64,000 nucleotides of DNA from the NCBI GenBank assembly GCA_964016885.1, contig OZ024750.1, positions 26,164,001-26,228,000 on the forward strand, read 5' to 3'. The position numbers were made by a program, and so were the translations under genes. The DNA comes from Eledone cirrhosa. Taxonomy: Eukaryota. Positions 62,811-64,000 of this stretch are shown piece after piece; position 1 is the stretch's first letter, and the number at the start of each line of letters is the position of its first letter. Below the pieces are notes generated by a model, which saw only the letters and a list, made by a program, of their open reading frames with translations, was not told the origin of the DNA and did no database searches.

Positions 62811-62811
<1 letters not shown>
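60267..62811 (+). mobile_element. Duplicate Tx1 LINE cluster in (TCTA)n
   Basis: Copy of 8609-11149; ORF 61506-62441 open. Confidence 0.9.
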
Positions 62812-62878
<67 letters not shown>

Positions 62879-62973
62879 CTCCAACAGGGGGCTGAAACAT
62901 ACGGCCCGCAAACTACTTTTCTATGGCCTGTGGTAGAACCAATATTTCAGATTCCATTATAACTGGTGAAAAT

Positions 62974-63191
62974 AAGGCGGTGAGCTGGTGGAATCGTTAG
63001 CACATCTGGCGAAATCCTTAGCGGTACTTCTTCTGTGTTTACGTTGTTAGTTCATATTCCGCCGATCTCAACTTTGCTTTTCATCCTTTTGGAGTCGATA
63101 ATCTAAGTACCAGTTGTGAACTGGAATCGATGTAATCGACTGGACCCTAAACCCCAAATTTCCTGCCTTGTGTCTATAGTAGAAATAATTG
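62974..63191 (+). mobile_element. Duplicate SINE in hAT-like MITE
   Basis: Copy of 11304-11521. Confidence 0.8.
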
Positions 63192-64000
63192 TAACTGGTG
63201 AAAATCATCACCCACCACAACGTTTGGCCCACTGTGCCTCTCCTACAGGACGTAATGGCCGTTTTATGACCTTGAGTTTGAGAGTCCTCTTCTACACACA
63301 CACACTCATATATATGCATCCACTTTACTTTTTTTCTGTATCTGGACTACGCCCATGCTGTAGCATCACCTTGGTAAGTTATGGGGACGTCAACAAACCA
63401 ACAAGCATTCGTGGGAGGGCAAACACAAACGCAAAGACAGACACAGGCATATATATATATATACGACGAGCTTCTGTTAGTTTTGCTCTATCAAATCTCC
63501 CCACAGGGTTTGGTCGGCCCGGGCAGTGTGACTGAACCCGGAAACATGTGTATATCGTATTAAATTAACAATGAAAATAAAAACAACAAAGTCAAGTTAC
63601 TTTATAACTTCGTTGTTTTTAATTTGTTGTTTTTATTTTCATTGTTAATTTAATAAATAATATCTGACTCTGTATCTAAAGAATTAACTCAGCGAGACAC
63701 AGAACTTCACTATGGATTTTACGGAATTAGATTGAGTTTTATCTACGGTAGGGACCCTACTACCAGAGGTAGACCACACTGAAAAGGAAAAAAAAATAAT
63801 ATATGTGTGTGTGTGTATTATATATATATATATATATATAAAACTACATACATATGTACATACATTTACCTATGTGTATAACTATACATTTATATATTTG
63901 TATGTATGCATGCATTTATGTTTAAGTGCGTGTATATGTGAGATGATTTAAATAGTTTTGGGTAAGGAGAAAATTTTGCCTCCAGATTTTATTACCTAGG

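Overview
AT-rich, microsatellite-laden eukaryotic DNA, most likely an octopus (inferred from the SINE types and repeat landscape). The only host coding signal is a set of symmetric phase-1 exons (mostly 135 nt, + strand), each encoding an 8-Cys EGF-like repeat of a MEGF/SCARF-like protein; some exons are intact and some decayed. About 1.87-12.33 kb is duplicated almost perfectly at about 53.55-64 kb. The introns hold Penelope-like elements (PLEs: RT + GIY-YIG), L1/Tx1, R4/Dong, CRE and RTE fragments, SINEs and hAT-like MITEs. The main finding is a dense type I hammerhead-ribozyme (HHR) system read by eye, with about 30 motifs in at least 8 sequence families. It includes a ~560-bp non-coding tandem array (40.4-44.2 kb, head-to-head) with one HHR per unit, whose fold is supported by compensatory changes in a diverged monomer at 26.9-27.5 kb. 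It also includes a ~422-bp terminally redundant family, other short HHR elements, and HHRs in PLE terminal repeats. Most of these sit in or next to (TA)n tracts. This looks like a retrozyme (circular-RNA retroelement) plus PLE helper system. All structures were paired by hand; no searches were run.
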